A stretch of 64,000 nucleotides of DNA from Callorhinchus milii. Lineage: Eukaryota. The translations under genes and the position numbers were made by a program. Positions 12,361 through 26,364 of this stretch are shown here, piece after piece (positions within the stretch are counted from its first letter, which is position 1; every line of letters starts with the position of its first letter). The stretch is from the NCBI RefSeq assembly GCF_018977255.1, contig NW_024704743.1, forward strand, positions 99,512,001-99,576,000, written 5' to 3'. The notes below the pieces were generated by a model. The model was not told the DNA's origin. It worked only from the letters and a program-made list of their open reading frames with translations, and made no database searches.

Positions 12361-12689
12361 CTCCGTGACCCTATCACCCCCATCCTCACCCGACTCCACT
12401 GGCTTCCTATCACACAGAGGACTCAGTTCAAGATCCTCACCTTCAAAGCCCTCCATGGTCTTGCTCCCCCCTACCCCTATGACCTCCTAACCCCCTACCA
12501 ACCTACCGGCTCCCTCCACTCAGCGGGCTTTGACCGTGCTTTCGATCACCCTGCTTCCCCCCCTTCCCTCCACCCTCCCCAGTCTCAACCCCCAGCTCGG
12601 GTCCCAAACTCTGACTGTCCAGTGCCTTGGAACATCCTCCCTATGTGAAAGGCACGATACAAATGTAATTTTGTTGTTGTAGTTGTTGT
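12361..12689 (+). mobile_element. L2 3' fragment
   Basis: CTCCACTGGCTTCC (LHWLP)..TTCAAGATCCTC and tail GTGAAAGGCACGATACAAATG(TTG)n. Confidence 0.9.
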
Positions 12690-13475
12690 ATCTGAATATA
12701 GAAGTAAATAGATGAAACCTTTTCAATTTAGCAAACAGATATTCTGAAATAAAATATTTATCAAACAAAGAATTTTTGACATAGATCAGGTGCCGAATGC
12801 ACGACATTAAGGACAACAAACAGAAAAAGTGTGACTTATCTACAGGTGACATCCCTTATTCTTTCATATTCCATGTAAACTCCAGAGTGTTAATGTTTCT
12901 CACTCGCAGTAACAAGTATTAATCTTTGTGGTGCTGAAGCTTCAACACTGCACTTGACATCAAATAAATCTGGCTCTAAATTGGTTTGTGACTGAGTTGT
13001 GGAAGGGATCAATGGTTTCATTTACACAGATTTTCTGTTCTTTTACTGAAAACGTGCCCGCACATGTAAAGAAAGGGATTATCAGATTTGAAACATAACT
13101 TCTCAAATAGTGGTAGGCTGAGCACGTTTGAAAGGTGAAGCCTAACAAATTAGGAATAAAATACTGAATGCAGGTTCCACAAGCCGTGCTTTATCTTCAC
13201 ATTATAAATGAGGTGCAATGTTTCACTTTTCTTGCTTCGCTCAGGGAGACTGGAATCTCTCTTCCTTTTATGTTGAGTTTCAAAAGGGATCTGGAGTCCC
13301 AAATGCCAGAATGACACTGTTCTATAAAAATGGAGTGATGCTGTTTTAAAAGCCAGTTCAGCTCCTTGAAACTGAACTGGGTCCAAGGTGACATGCGGGG
13401 CAAGGGAATGTCAGAATCGAATCTGGAATTATGTAAACAGGAGAGATTACTCAGAGAAGAGAGAGCGCATTCCAT

Positions 13476-13628
13476 TAAAGACTGAGATCAATAGATTTTT
13501 AAAAACTAAAGGGATTAAGGGATATGGGAATAGGGCGGATAAATGGAATTAAGTTAGAAAATCAGCCAAGATCTTATTAAATGGCGGGGCAGATTTGAGG
13601 GGCCGAATTTCTTATGTTCTTATGTTCC
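13476..13628 (+). mobile_element. CR1 3' end inserted into an older repeat
   Basis: AAGACTGAGATCAATAGATTTTT..GAGGGGCCGAAT..(TTCTTATG)n tail. Confidence 0.8.
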
Positions 13629-15227
13629 TATACCAGATACAGCGATTTCCATGTGTATATGATATGCATGGAACTCTCAGTATGGTTTGGATACTTCAAA
13701 GCATAGTGAGTGAGTTTCTGCATGTGTCATGTGTCCCAGCTGACACAAAAAAATGCAAAGCTGAACTGACGCTGTTTTAAAAGCTGGAGGGATAATACCT
13801 TATGAAGCCGGAGTAACACTATTTTACAGAGCTTTGGAATTCCCTGTATTTGTGGAAGTCTTGACATAAGTATCGCAAATGATGTCAAGTCTTTTGTGCC
13901 TATGGTAGTTGCAAGAATTTGCTTTCTCCATGTCTTCTTTGCTAAGTTAAAGTAACGATGCCAGAAAAAACACAAGAGCAAAGTGTAGTCTTTAGCAATT
14001 CCACTACCATTAGTTGGCAAGAAGACACAGCAATAAAAACTTCTAATATTAGGACATGAAGGTATGCTAATGTTGATGCCACTGTCATACCTGCACAATA
14101 AAATCAAGATATTCCTGTAAAATGTCTACCAGATAGTGCAAGCTACCCTGCATGGAGGGAGCTATATAAGTGCAAGTTGCTGTTGTTGCATTTGGGACGC
14201 TACCCTTCATGAGAGGTACTATATAAATGCAGGTTGTTGTTGTTGTTGCATTTGTACATGTATATAGTTTGAGCAGTTTACACCTTGTTTGTTGAACAAT
14301 TCCCAGCAGAGAATCTCTGAATCATCCCATTTAGTTTAAATTAATTGCACCATAATAACTCAGCATAAAGCCAATTGTACATTACATCTACTACTTCGAA
14401 ACACAGATTTCTTAGCTACATCTTTACTCATTTGTGGTAAAGGTAAGAATGGGAATGAATTTACAAGGGTTACAATCTAACATTTGTTTAGACATCTATT
14501 GACACCAAACCTCTGTTGGAAGGCAGGTGCTTCTTTTGGCTGTATTCTTTGGCTTCACAGAAGTTGGAACTGAGATCCTGAAAGACAGACAGATAGTGTA
14601 AAGGAAGAACCAACAAAAGTGCCAGGAGGCACATGACCAGATAATGTGGAGGAAAGTTGGGTAGGACAGTACTCAAGTAGTATCAGTGTCGTTAACATCA
14701 CCTATAAATTTAATGAGGGGTTGCAGTCCCAGGAATCCCAATTCTGGCATCCCATATACTAATGGTGCTCCCCAAATCCCTAAGTTCATATAGTAGAATG
14801 TTTTGGGATTGTATTAATATACCCACTGAACCACCAATGTTTGACATAAGATCATAAAAGGAACATTTTATCAGAACTAGTGCCGCTTTCACACTGTGTT
14901 TAATGTCAGGAGAGCTGAGGTTTGACCCAGGGTTCTCAATGTGTGTCTGCCTGCCATGTGAGATAAGTGTTACAAATATGTCCCTTTCATACAGTCTCAC
15001 AGGCGTATGGAGTAAAGAAACTTGCCCAAGGTTTCACCCTGCCAGAAATCAAACCCAGGTCACTGCAAAGCAAGTGCTCTAACCATTGAGCTACAGGACA
15101 CCACACATTTGTCCACAAAATACACACCACTTTCTATTATAGCTCGTGAAGTGGTTTGGGACATCCTCCTGACATGAAAGGTGCTATACCAAATACAAAG
15201 ATTGTGTTATTAATATTATTATCAATT

Positions 15228-15714
15228 CGAATTCAAGATCCTCATCCTCGCCTACAAGGCCATTCACAGCCTTGCTCCCTCCTACCTCTCCGACCTACTA
15301 TCCCCCTATCTACCTGCCCGTACCCTCCGTTCCTCTGGCTCCGGTCTGCTCCACATCCCCCGCCCCAACCACCCTACCATCGGTGGCCGGGCCTTCAGTC
15401 TCTCAGCCCCTAGGCTCTGGAACTCTATACCCCAGTGCCTTCGCCTTGCTTCCTCCCTTTCCTCCTTCAAGGCCGGTCTCAAGACCTTTCTCTTTGACCG
15501 TGCCTTCAGCTCCCCTCTCGACTCTCTACCCCCTCCTCGCTCCCTCCCTTCCCTCTCCTCACCCTGACCATTTCTCCCCCTCCTCGCTCCCTCCCTTCCC
15601 TCCATTCACCCTGACCATTTCCCCCCTGCTCAGGTCCTGACCCAACTGTCCAGAATTTTGGGACGTCCTCCCGACGTGAAAGGTGCTCTATAAATGGAAG
15701 CTTGTTGTTGTTGT
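15228..15714 (+). mobile_element. Young L2 3' fragment with ~45-bp internal tandem duplication
   Basis: Close match to 18316-18747 and 45584-46020; CCTCGCTCCCTCCCTTCCC..CACCCTGACCATTTC occurs twice. Confidence 0.92.
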
Positions 15715-16989
15715 ATCACTAATCCCACAAAATCCAGTTTAGAGTTTAGTTCCAAGTCTCAATGTAGGGCTTGAACCCGCAACTTTCTGATTCAGAGGTG
15801 AGAGTGGTACCAACTGAGCCAGGCTGACACACAAACCTCCAGCCAATAGGTGATGGAATATCAATTGGAATACCAAGCAGGATACCAGTTTAACTCAACT
15901 ATACAATGAGATTCAAGACAGTGAATCCAATGGGTACCATTGGCTGAGTTTAAGCCAAATCATTGTGATGGGGTTAGGGGAGGCCATGCCCACAGACCAG
16001 CCCCTGTCAGCCTGACAACTTGATCTTATTTGATATTTGATGTGTCTCAAAGTAAACAGATGGCTTAATGGTTGTATTCCATTTTGCAGCAAGAGACCTG
16101 AAGTGGTTTCCCCTCTCTTTCACACAAAGCAAACGGTACAAGAAAAAGAGTGGGTTTTAGTTTGTTTTTAAAACAAAGTTGAGATATCAGACTCTTCCGT
16201 TTCTGCAGGACAATGATGACTAGAAAGACTAGGTCAACATTTTTTGGCCATTTATTCTGAAGGTTATTTCCTAATCGGTAAGTTGGTAAACATTCTGACC
16301 TTTGGCTGTGTTTATTATGGATTAGTGCACACCATCAAAGTTTATACATTTGGTAACCAAAGAGAGAATAAATAACCTTCTAAAATGTTAATACCAAACA
16401 ATAGACCTGAGATTCCAAAAGTAATATGCCTTAATATTTAGAATTGCTCAGAATTGTGAAACAATCTTCATCAAGTCTTTGCTCAGAAACTTAGCTGCAA
16501 TGCTCCCTATGGTTGAATAGTCTGTCAGTACTCATTACCACTCACACTTGAATATTCTGAGGCATGAAAAAGGGAGTCAAAGACCTACAGGGTAAAAATG
16601 GTGACAATTGGCACTAAAAAAGAAGTGGAGATACATAAGAAACTCCTTTTTTTCAAAGAGTGTCAGGATTAATGCTGAATTTCACTCAATTTGAATTTGT
16701 AGGTATGTGCCCATCAGGATCTGAGTTGAGACAACTCAAAATTATATTACTTGGACCCTCTTAGCTAGCAAACAGAGGAGACATTCATCCCATGAGTCGG
16801 CATTGGATTGCAACAAGAACTCAAAGGTGAAAGGACAACTATTCTAACCGTTGCACTAATCATTTTTCCTAAATAACTTTGGTTATACAGTATAGCATTT
16901 TTTTTTAGAAAGTTCCAAAAGAAACATTTGGTATGTAAGTTTGGTGTATATGAAAAGGCAACTCACCTGTAGCTGGTAACATCCATAAC

Positions 16990-17555
16990 ATCCAGGCTTG
17001 ACTATGCAAACTCCTTGCTTGTCGGCCTCCCCAACTCCTCCCTCCATAGGCTGCAGATCTCCTACACCAGGCTCCATCACCCAATCACCCCCATCCTCGC
17101 TGACTCCACTGGCTTCCCATCACACAGAGGATACAGTTCAAGATCCTAGTCCTCACCTTCAAAGCCCTCTATGGCCTTGTTTCCCCCTACCTCTGCAACT
17201 TCCTAACTCCTTACCATCCTTGCCGCTCCTTCCGGTCAGCAGGCTCTGGGCTGCTCATGTCCCCATCCTTGCCCGCCCCACCAATGGCGGACAGGCCTTC
17301 TGCCACTCTGCCCCCACCCTCTGGAACTCCATCCTGCAGTCCCACCACCTCGCCCACTTCCTTGCCTCCTTCAAAACCCATCTCAAGAGCCTCCTCTTCA
17401 ACCATGCTTTCGATTACTCTGCTTCCCCACTGCCCTCCACCCTCCCCAATCCCTCCCCCCAGCTCGGGTCCGAAACACTGACTGTCCAGCGCCTTGGGAC
17501 ATCCTCCCAATGTGAAAGGCCCTATACAAATGTAATTTTGTTGCTTTTGTTGTAG
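16990..17555 (+). mobile_element. L2 3' fragment
   Basis: TCCAGGCTTGACTATGCAAAC (SRLDYAN), LHWLP motif and L2 tail. Confidence 0.9.
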
Positions 17556-17582
17556 TAACTGTAACAATTCTTCACTTCATGC

Positions 17583-17920
17583 AATAATAATAATAATAAT
17601 AATAATCCTTGCATTTGATATAGCGCTTTTCACGTCGGGAGGATGTCCCAAAGTGCTTCACAGAACACACTGTAAAGTGAATTGACTGTATTTTTTTTTG
17701 TGGGCGAACGCGGCAGCCAATTGCGCACAGCAATGTCCCACAAACAGTCGTAGATTGAAAATGACCAATTTATTATTGTTTATTTTAGTTTTGGAGGGAT
17801 TATTATTAGGCGTGTGGAGTAAGGAAACTTGCCCAAGGTTTCACCCTGACCTGCCTGGAATTGAACTCAGGTCTTTCACTTGCAAAGCGAGTGCTCTAAC
17901 CACTGAGCTACAGGACTCCA
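17583..17920 (-). mobile_element. Full-length young tRNA-derived SINE with L2-type tail
   Basis: Minus strand: GGAGTCCTGTAGCTCAGTGGTTAGAGC (box A), GAGTTCAATTCC (box B), CCTTGGGCAAGT, body, (TTA)n tail. Confidence 0.95.
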
Positions 17921-18315
17921 CAAATATAAAAACAATATTGGATTCAAGATAACTATGGCCCATCGATCAGTCAAATGGTTTGTTTCTTTGCTTGCTAAGA
18001 TCAGAGCAATATCAGATGACACAAGCAGATGAATTGAACAGTGACTTAGTACTGAATACCCTGAGTCTGATTTACATGGGGATACCATCTGTGTGCTGAT
18101 TATGCTAATAAAGCCAATAATTTACATAGTCTCTGGGCAAGAATGTCTGAGCCACACAATGGTGAGAATTTACTTAAAATCAGAATGAGTCTTTAAATAA
18201 CCTTTCATGCTTCAGCTATTTCACTTTAATAAACAAAACACCAACCATTGGAAAATATGAGATCTGCTTGCTAACTCTTCAGAGACATGTTCTTTTATAA
18301 TCAAAGTTCAATGGG

Positions 18316-18747
18316 AAGATCCTCATCCTCACCTACAAGGCCATTCATGGCCTTGGTCCCACCTACCTCTCTGACCTACTATCCCCCTACTTATCTGCCC
18401 GTACCCTCCGTTCCTCTGGCTCTGGTCTGCTCCACAACCCCCGCCCCAACCGCCCTACCATCGGTGGCCGGGCCTTCAGCCTCTCAGCCCCTAGGCTCTG
18501 GAACTCTATCCCCCAGTGCCTTCGCTGCCTCCTCCCTTTCCTCCTTCAAGGCCGGTCTCAAGACCTTTCTCTTTGACCATGGCTTCAGCTCCCCTCTCGA
18601 CTCTCTACCGCCTCCTCGCTCCCTCCCTTCCCTCCCCTCACCCTGACCATTTCCCCACTGCTCAGGTCCTGACCCAACTGTACAGCGCCTTGGGACGTCC
18701 TCCCGACGTGAAAGGCGCTCTATAAATCGAATCTTGTTGTTGTTGTT
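18316..18747 (+). mobile_element. Young L2 3' fragment
   Basis: Close match to 15228-15714; tail CTTGGGACGTCCTCCCGACGTGAAAGGCGCTCTATAAAT..(TTG)n. Confidence 0.92.
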
Positions 18748-19092
18748 AAAGGTTTTGTTAGTGCAGAAGGAGAGACTATTGTCTATGTGGTACAGAGAAC
18801 TACTTTCCATCCAATATTGAAGAATGGAAACTGCCATTTTCATTGCTTTTTGAAACCGATTTTCAACCTAATCTGCTGCTATTTAAATAAACTGGGCTGT
18901 GAAAAGGGTTAAATTACTCATTAAGCACTTTTGGTTTGATCCTTCAATGCCAAAGCAATGTTAACTTTTTATTGTAAATAAAGTAAATGTATTTGTATAA
19001 TTAGTAAATAAGGCAATGTATTTGTTTAAGCGCTGTGGTAATATTTGCTTTGGATAAGAATCTAATACTGTAGCTGATAACAATGTAGAATC

Positions 19093-22050
19093 TACAACAA
19101 TAACAATTTGCACTTATGCACCTCCATGCAGGTTAGCGTCTCAGTGTGCTTAACAGTGGCAGAGCCTGACTCCGAGCTGGTGTGGGGGGGGAGGGGTGGG
19201 GGGGTGTGAGGTGACCGTAAACACGGTCGAAAAGGAAGGTTTTCAGGTGGGACTTGAAAAAGGGGAGAGAGGAGGCAAAGCGGAGGCAGAGTGTTCCATA
19301 GCTTCGGAGCATAGTGGCTGAAAGCACAACCTCCAATGGTAGAGCGGAGGGTGTAAGGGACGAGCAGAAGGTCGGTGCCGCCAGTCGAGCTTAGGCGCTG
19401 GGTGGTGGAGTGATGAGACTGGAGAGGTAGGCAGGCGCCAGGGAGTGAAGGGATTTGAACACGATCATGAGGATCTTGAAGTTGATCCGTTTGGTGATGG
19501 GGAGCCAGTGGAGCCTAGCCAGAAGTGGTGAGGTGTGGGTATGAGTTTGATCCGGGGAAGTATGTGGGCGGCAGAGTTATGAATGAGCTGGTTGAGACTG
19601 GGGAGGAGTGCAATTGAGTAATCCAGGCGGGAGGTGACAAACGCATACACCAGGATTTCGGCTGCATTTGGGGTACGGTCAGAAGTGGACAATGTCGCGG
19701 AGGTGGACTAGATGTGGGGGAGGAAGGACAGCTGGAGGTGGAACCAGACGCCTAGATTGTGCACTGGTTCGTTGAATCTGAGTGAGAGCCCAGGGAAGTT
19801 GAGGAGTTCAGATCCGCAGAAGTGAATTTGTTGATGGGAGCCAAAGAGTATGGCTTCCGTCATTTTCACATTCAGCTGCAGGAAGTTTGCACTCATCAAG
19901 GCCCTGATGTCTGCCAGACAAGACTGATGGAACATCAGTGGACCTTGAGTCGACGCTGGAGGAGGCAAAGTAGATTTGTGTGTCATCCGCATACATGTGG
20001 AAGTTTCCCCAGTATCTGCAGATGACATCGCCAAGAGGGAGCATATAATAATACTAATAATATTAATCCTTGCATTTGATATAGCGCTTTTCACGTCTTC
20101 TAGATGTCCCAAAGCACTTCACAGAATATACTGTAAAGTGAATTGACTGTATATTTGTGGGTGAACGTGGCAGCCAATTACGCACAGCAATATCCAACAG
20201 TCGTGGATTGAAAATGACCAATTTATTATTGTTTTTTTTGAAGGGATTATTATTAGACATGTGGAGTAAGGAAACTTGCCCAAGGTTTCGCCCTGCCTGG
20301 AATTGAACTCAGATCTCTCGCTTGCAAAGCGAGTGCTCTAACCACTGAGCTACAGGACCCCTTCGTTTCCTTATATAGATAAGGAAAAGAAGGCGGCCAA
20401 GGATAGAGCCCTGGGGTACCCCGCAGGTGACCGGGTGGGGGTGGGAGGAGAAACCATTTGCCGAATTGAAGTGTAGGTGGTTGGTAGGACTCGAACCATA
20501 TGATTGTGGTCCCACTAAGGTGGATAAGGGAGGAGAGGCGGCGGAGGAGGATGGCGTGGTCGACCGTGTCGAATGTGACAGAGAGATCCAGGAGGACGAG
20601 GAGGTAAAGGGAGTCCTGGTCATGGACAGAGAGAACATCGTTTGTGACTTTGACAAGCGCTGTCTCTGTGCTGTGGGCAGGGCGAAAATCAGACTGCAGG
20701 AGCTCGAGGAGGGAGTGGAGGGAGAAGTGTGACTAAAATTGACCTGCAATATTGTGTTCCAGAGGGGTGAGGAAGGGGAGTTGAGTGACCAGCAGCTGGG
20801 TTGGAAAAGGGTCGAAACTTCATTTTGGTGATTGTGGTTGAGGGTGAGGAGGAAGAATTGGGGGCAAATGTGTGTAAGGAGGTGGGAGTGGCAGGAGCCG
20901 TGGTGGAAGGAGAAGGCAGTGTGGATGATCTGGGTGGGGTGGAAGGGGACATCGGGGTTAGGACGATGCAGCCAAGCGAATGCTTTCAATCTTTGAGGCA
21001 AAGAAGTCTAGGACCTCTTCGCTCTTGGTGTCTGATATGAGGATAGAGAGAACTAGAAGGGTTGCAAGAAGGAGGTGATGGATGGTGGAAAATAGTGTCT
21101 TTGGGTTGTTTTTGGCCTCCAGGATGGCTTTGGAGTAAAATTCAGTTTTACCCTGTGAAAGGGAAAGGCGGTAGGTGTGCAGGTGCTTGAGTCACAGATG
21201 GTGGTGAATCGTGAGGCCGGATTTCTGCCATCTGTGCTCAAGGGTCTGGGTTTGTGTTTTGAGTGAGCGGAGATGACTATTGTACCAGGGGGAGTGGGTG
21301 GGTTTGGATACAGTCCTGGATTTCAAGGGATCCAAGGAATTAAAGATTGTGGAGAGAAAGTCATTCAGAAGCTTGATGGCTGCATGAGGATTGCTGTGGG
21401 TGGAGGTGTGAGGTGAGGAGGTCAGAGGAAGAGAGGGCATTTTGAGGAACTCAGGGACGGAAAAAAATAGTGGAGGGCTTGGAGGTGGTGCAAAGGGAGT
21501 TTAGGTGGAGGTTGAAATCACCCATTATGAGCAGGTGTTCAGTGCAGAGGGACAGGGATGAGAGGAAAGAGGAGGTAGCGGTAAGGAGGGAGTCAGAAGG
21601 TTTGGTGGGGAGGGGGGTGGTAAACTAGAAGAATTATGAGGAGAGACAGGAGAGAAAGTAGAGGGTGAGGTGCTCAAAGGAGGAGAAACAGCCAGAGGAA
21701 TAGGGGAATAGACCTATTGGAAAATGAGGGCCACCCCACCGCCACGTTGGTTTGGGTCGGGCGAGGGGTGTGCCAGGAGGGGAGACTTCAACGAGGAGGA
21801 TGGGGTTACCAGGGAAGAGCCAGGTTTCCGTAAACCCAAGTATATCAACGTGCTCATCCAGGATGAGGTCATGGATACTAATGGATTTATTGGTGAGGGA
21901 GCGAACATTTTGGAGGGAGATATGGATAGGTTTGTTAGTGGGGGGGGATGGAGGAGAGAGTGGTACAGAGAGGAATTGGGGTCGTGGGGGAGAAATGACC
22001 ATGGAGTTTGTGGAGGGGAGAGAGTTGGAGAGGGTATGGAGTGGGTAATC
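19093..22050 (-). mobile_element. Long decayed L2 ORF2 (APE endonuclease plus RT), interrupted by a SINE
   Basis: APE N-terminus ISLQNVRSLTNK..DILGFTETWL (21634..22002); [20 protein letters not shown] (19808..20044); FVTSRLDYS; multiple frameshifts and deletions. Confidence 0.92.
20046..20360 (-). mobile_element. Full-length young SINE nested in the L2 RT region
   Basis: Head and tail as in 17583-17920; the L2 reads through on both sides (FLIY|MLPLG). Confidence 0.95.
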
Positions 22051-24327
22051 TAATATGCAAAGAGATTAATCTGAGGTAATTGTTAACCCTTTGGGCACAC
22101 ACTGCGGGGGGGCAATAAACACACTCACAGATTGCATTTTGACAGAGCCAAGGATACCTGTGGGAACTCTTGCTGGTTCATTACGTTAACACTGCTAAGA
22201 AGCCCCAATAATGTACCAAACTGCCGACAGAAAATCCTATAGTAATTTATTCTCTTTGTTGAATGGGATTCAAATGTATTTTTGTACAGTACCAGATGGT
22301 GTAGTTTATCACTTGCACCAATCCGAAGATTAAAAATTAATCAAGTGTTTTCATTCCTTAACATTTTACAGTTAAACGCCACTAAATGCCACACCAGTAT
22401 TTTTGGCATAAACGGATTAATTGCACTTAAATAATTCATGCAAAAAAGATTCAGGAAAGCTTTTAAGGGTAAGATGCATGAACTGACGAGAATTAATGCT
22501 GGATCATTAAACAACAATGGGTTCTCAATGGTTTTGCAGAAGTTTGTCAAGAAACAGAAATATGGTTTCAGTGGTGGAGTAACCGGAATATGCTAGCTTA
22601 AACATTTGTCATATTTATTAAATTATCAGTAATAAAACAACTCAGTTTATTTAATTGTCAGGATATTGTGTTCTCACAAAAGTGAAGTTGTATTGCATTC
22701 CATTTTACATCCTGTAAGTCACTGCTTTATTAATATTTTATGACGTATTCCAGCAAAAAAATCTTTAGAGTTGGCAGACAGAAAATAATAGTAACTGACC
22801 CAGTAACTGTTTCCACCTTCCTTTCCAAAAGATAAGCATTACTTGGTTCCATTAGCACTGACTTACCTGCAGTGGTCTGAGAATGAATCTCGAAAATGGT
22901 TTAGATGAAGTTCTCTAGATTTGATGGGTGTAAAACTGGATTATTCAAAACTAAAACCAAATTTAATAGCAAAATTAAAAACTTCAGTTCACCATAAGCT
23001 TTAGATCCAAGTCCAAAGGATATTACATCTATTTAGTTTATACAATTTTTTTAACTGAATTTGAATACTGTGGACTGCCAATAGAACAACTTCACAAAGC
23101 TTGAACAAGATAGTGGGTGAGATTATCACATACCGATTAGATTACTGGTGAATGGTTGAATACAAGCCGACCGCTGTGTCACATTCCCCCAGTTCACTGA
23201 ACTCACTGTGTTTGGGCATACAAACACATCACCACACCACATTCTTCCAATTTACAAAACCACTAGTTATTGTAAAAAAATCTAGATATGTATTTCAATA
23301 GGAAATCCATTGTACATACAGCACTGAAATGACAGAAGCAGCTGTCTAATAGGAATTTTTAATTTGTAAATTAATAATTCAAACAGAGATAAGCATTCGA
23401 ATTGTCAGTTATCTTTGTAGCTTTGGTTTGTGTGGCAATTGACACATTTGTGTAACACTGGTACAGGTGTCAGCACGGCTCAGTTCATAGCACTCTCGCC
23501 TCCAAGTCAGGAGTTTGTGAGTTCAAGGCTCACATTGAAATTTTGATCAAATGCAAGGATGATTATCTTTTGTTGTGTAAATAAATGCTAGTACAATTGG
23601 GAAGAGTGGCAATTCAGTGTTTAAAAATAAACCAAAATATGGATTTAAACTTACAGGTAATTCAACAAATTAATCCAACAGAATGGATTGGGGGCTGGAA
23701 CTTGGCACTGTGTCCAGCTCTGCTTCAGATATTCCCTACAAACTGCATGACACACAAATACACACACATCATCCACAACAGGAGTGCTGGGGTATTGAAA
23801 TGCAACCAGTAGAAAGATGCTATACAGGCCTCAAGGGTGACTGCTAAAAGCCAATTGAACATACATGCACTTCCGCTTCATCAAGCAGCAGTCCATAAAA
23901 CATGAACTTCTGAAAACCAGCATTGCTTTCCTTCAATGGGAGCCACTCAAAATGGGCAGTTTTGAACAAGTGCCAAGGGAGTAACAGGTGGTAGGAGGAA
24001 TGCCTTCACCTTCCACTGTAGCACATCACAATCTGCTTGGAAGAAGACAGAAGAAACCAAACTAAAGTTTAATGCTTGGAAGGAACTGATTGCAGGTAAG
24101 GGCACAGATCACACAAAAGACATCCTGCTGTGTGTTATGTGGTCACACAGTAAATACCTCTCACATTTTATGAACATTGTCTTCTTCATTGGGAATTTAG
24201 GGGGAGCAGAGGGATTTTTCTTTGTTCATCCATGTGTACTGCCATAGCAGAACATGTAAAATAACTCCTGATGCAGGGTAAAGGAGAAAATGGCTAGCGG
24301 CTTGCTTAATTTGAGCATGCCTATAGT

Positions 24328-24807
24328 ATACCTAGAGTATTGTGTGCAGTTTTGCTCTCCTTATTTAAAAAAGGACATACTTGCCTTAGAGGGAGTGCAG
24401 CGTAGATTCACTAGGTTAGTTCCTGGGATGAGGGGACTGACCTATGAGGGTAGGTTGAATAAACTAGGACTGTATTCTCTAGAGTACAGAAGAATTAGGG
24501 GAGATCTTATTGAAACATATAAGATTCTTAAAGGACTGGATAAAGTAGACACTGAGGGTCTGTTTCCCCTGGTAGGAGAATCTATAACCAGGGGTCACAG
24601 TCTTAAAATTAAGGGTCAGCTTTTTAGAAGGCTGAGACTGATAGATTTTTTAAATTTTTTTTTAAAAAAAGAGGGATTAGGGTATATGGGGATAGAGCAG
24701 ATAATTAGAGTTAGGTCTAACAGCCATGATCTTATTGAATGGCGGGGCAGGCTCGAGGGGCCGAATGGCCTACTCCTGCTCCTAATTCTTATGTTCTTAT
24801 GTTCTTA
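24328..24807 (+). mobile_element. CR1 LINE 3' fragment
   Basis: LEYCVQFCSPYLKKDILALEGVQRRFTRLVPGM..RGDLIETYKILKG..TRGHSLK and (TTCTTATG)n tail. Confidence 0.95.
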
Positions 24808-24980
24808 ACCGGAATGCATGGAAAGAGCTGCTTGATGGACAAGCCACTCTTCCTGTGCCAGTTGCTTGGTGTTTTGAGGAACTTGCACTCTGACCGGCTC
24901 TCCAGTCTACATCTCTTCTCCTCCTCTTAATGTAAGCTATTTGAGAATACCAGAATTTCCCACTGTACACCATTATGTTT

Positions 24981-26112
24981 CATAGAATCATAGAATTGTA
25001 CAGCACAAAAAGAGGCCATTCGGCCCATTGATTCTGTGCCAGCTCTTTGAGAAGAGCAATGTAATGTCAACCCCACTCCCCAGCCCTTACCCCATAACCC
25101 TGCAAACCCGTCCTCCTCAAATACCCGTCCACCGCGTTTTTAAAAGTAGTTATCGAATCGGCCTCGACCACCCTTTCAGGCAATGCATTCCAGATTCGAA
25201 CAACTCACTGCGTGAAAAAATTTCTTCTCACCTCCCCTCTGCTTCTTTTAGATACTATTTTGTGGAGTTCTGTAGCTCAGTGGTTAGAGCACTCGCTTTG
25301 TAAGTGAGAGACCTGAGTTCAATTCCAGGCAGGGCGAAACCTTGGGCAAGTTTCCTTACTCCACACGCCTAATAATAATCCCTGCAAAACAAAACAATAA
25401 TAAATTGATTATTTTCAATCCATGACTGTTTGTGGGATATTGCTGTGCGCAATTGGCTGCCGCGTTCGCCCACAAATATACAGTCAATTCACTTTACAGT
25501 ATATTCTGTGAAGCACTTTGGGACGTCTAGAAGACGTGAAACGCACTATATCAAATGCAAGGATTATTATTATTATCTGTGACCTCGAGACACAGACACA
25601 CCCACCAGTGGAAACAGTTTTTCCCTTTCTAACCTATCAAATGCCCTCATGATTTTGAAGACCTCTATTAGGTCTCCTCGTACTCGTCTCTGCTCCAGTG
25701 AGAATAATCCCAACCTCTCTAGCCTTTCCTCATAATCAAGGGCCCTCATTCCTCGTAAATCTCCTCTGCACCCTTTCCAATGCCTTAACATCCTTCCTAT
25801 AGTGTGGTGCCCAGAACTGGGCGCAATATTCTAACTGAGGCCTAACCAGTGTTTTATATAGGTTAATCATAATCTCCTGACTCGTGTACTCTATGTCCCT
25901 ATTTATAAAGCCTAGTATCCCATATGCCCTTTTTACAGCTCTATCTACCTGTCCAGCCACCTTCAAGGATTCATTTACCTGAACCCCCAGGTCTCTCTGT
26001 TCTTTCACCCCCCTTAAGATTCTATTACCAGCCTACATTGCCTCCACTCATTCTTTCTGCCAAAATGCATTATCTCGCATTTCTCGACATTGAAATTCAT
26101 CTGCCATCTGGT
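24981..26112 (-). mobile_element. CR1 LINE 3' fragment interrupted by a SINE
   Basis: WQMNFNVEKC, RDLGVQV, LVRPQLEYCAQFWAP, RGDLIEVFKIM; (ATTCTATG)n tail. Confidence 0.95.
25261..25575 (+). mobile_element. Full-length young tRNA-derived SINE
   Basis: TGTAGCTCAGTGGTTAGAGC..GAGTTCAATTCC..CCTTGGGCAAGT..GCACTTTGGGACGTC..AAATGCAAGG(ATT)n. Confidence 0.95.
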
Positions 26113-26364
26113 TACCAATAATGCTTCCTGGTTTCTGTTGCTCCCTCTGCTGGCAGGAGCTAGCTCTGAGCACAAGGTAGTTGTGGAACACTTCAAAATC
26201 CAATCATTGATAATTAAAGCAAACAATCCGCAGGCTATATATTTTGCCACAAGCCAGCAAGGAAGTAACTAATATCTTAACAAAGAAATGTTTCTTGTAT
26301 TCAGTTTTGACATGCAGTGACAATGTAACTACCCACCCCACCCCCTAGCACACATGCGTAAAAC

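Noticed and set aside
14140..14255. Two ~56-bp tandem units
   Set aside because: Duplicated L2-type tail; ordinary.
16209..16277. Plus-strand exon-like segment (TTTCTGCAG..CG|GTAAGT)
   Set aside because: Stops in all three frames; no other support.
20309..21001. 230-aa ORF
   Set aside because: Chimaera of frameshifted L2 sequence reading into a SINE head.
25265..25335. tRNA gene (also heads at ~17850-17920, 20290-20360, 27850-27925, 57262-57330)
   Set aside because: Box A/B are present, but each runs into a SINE body and lacks a proper acceptor stem and terminator.
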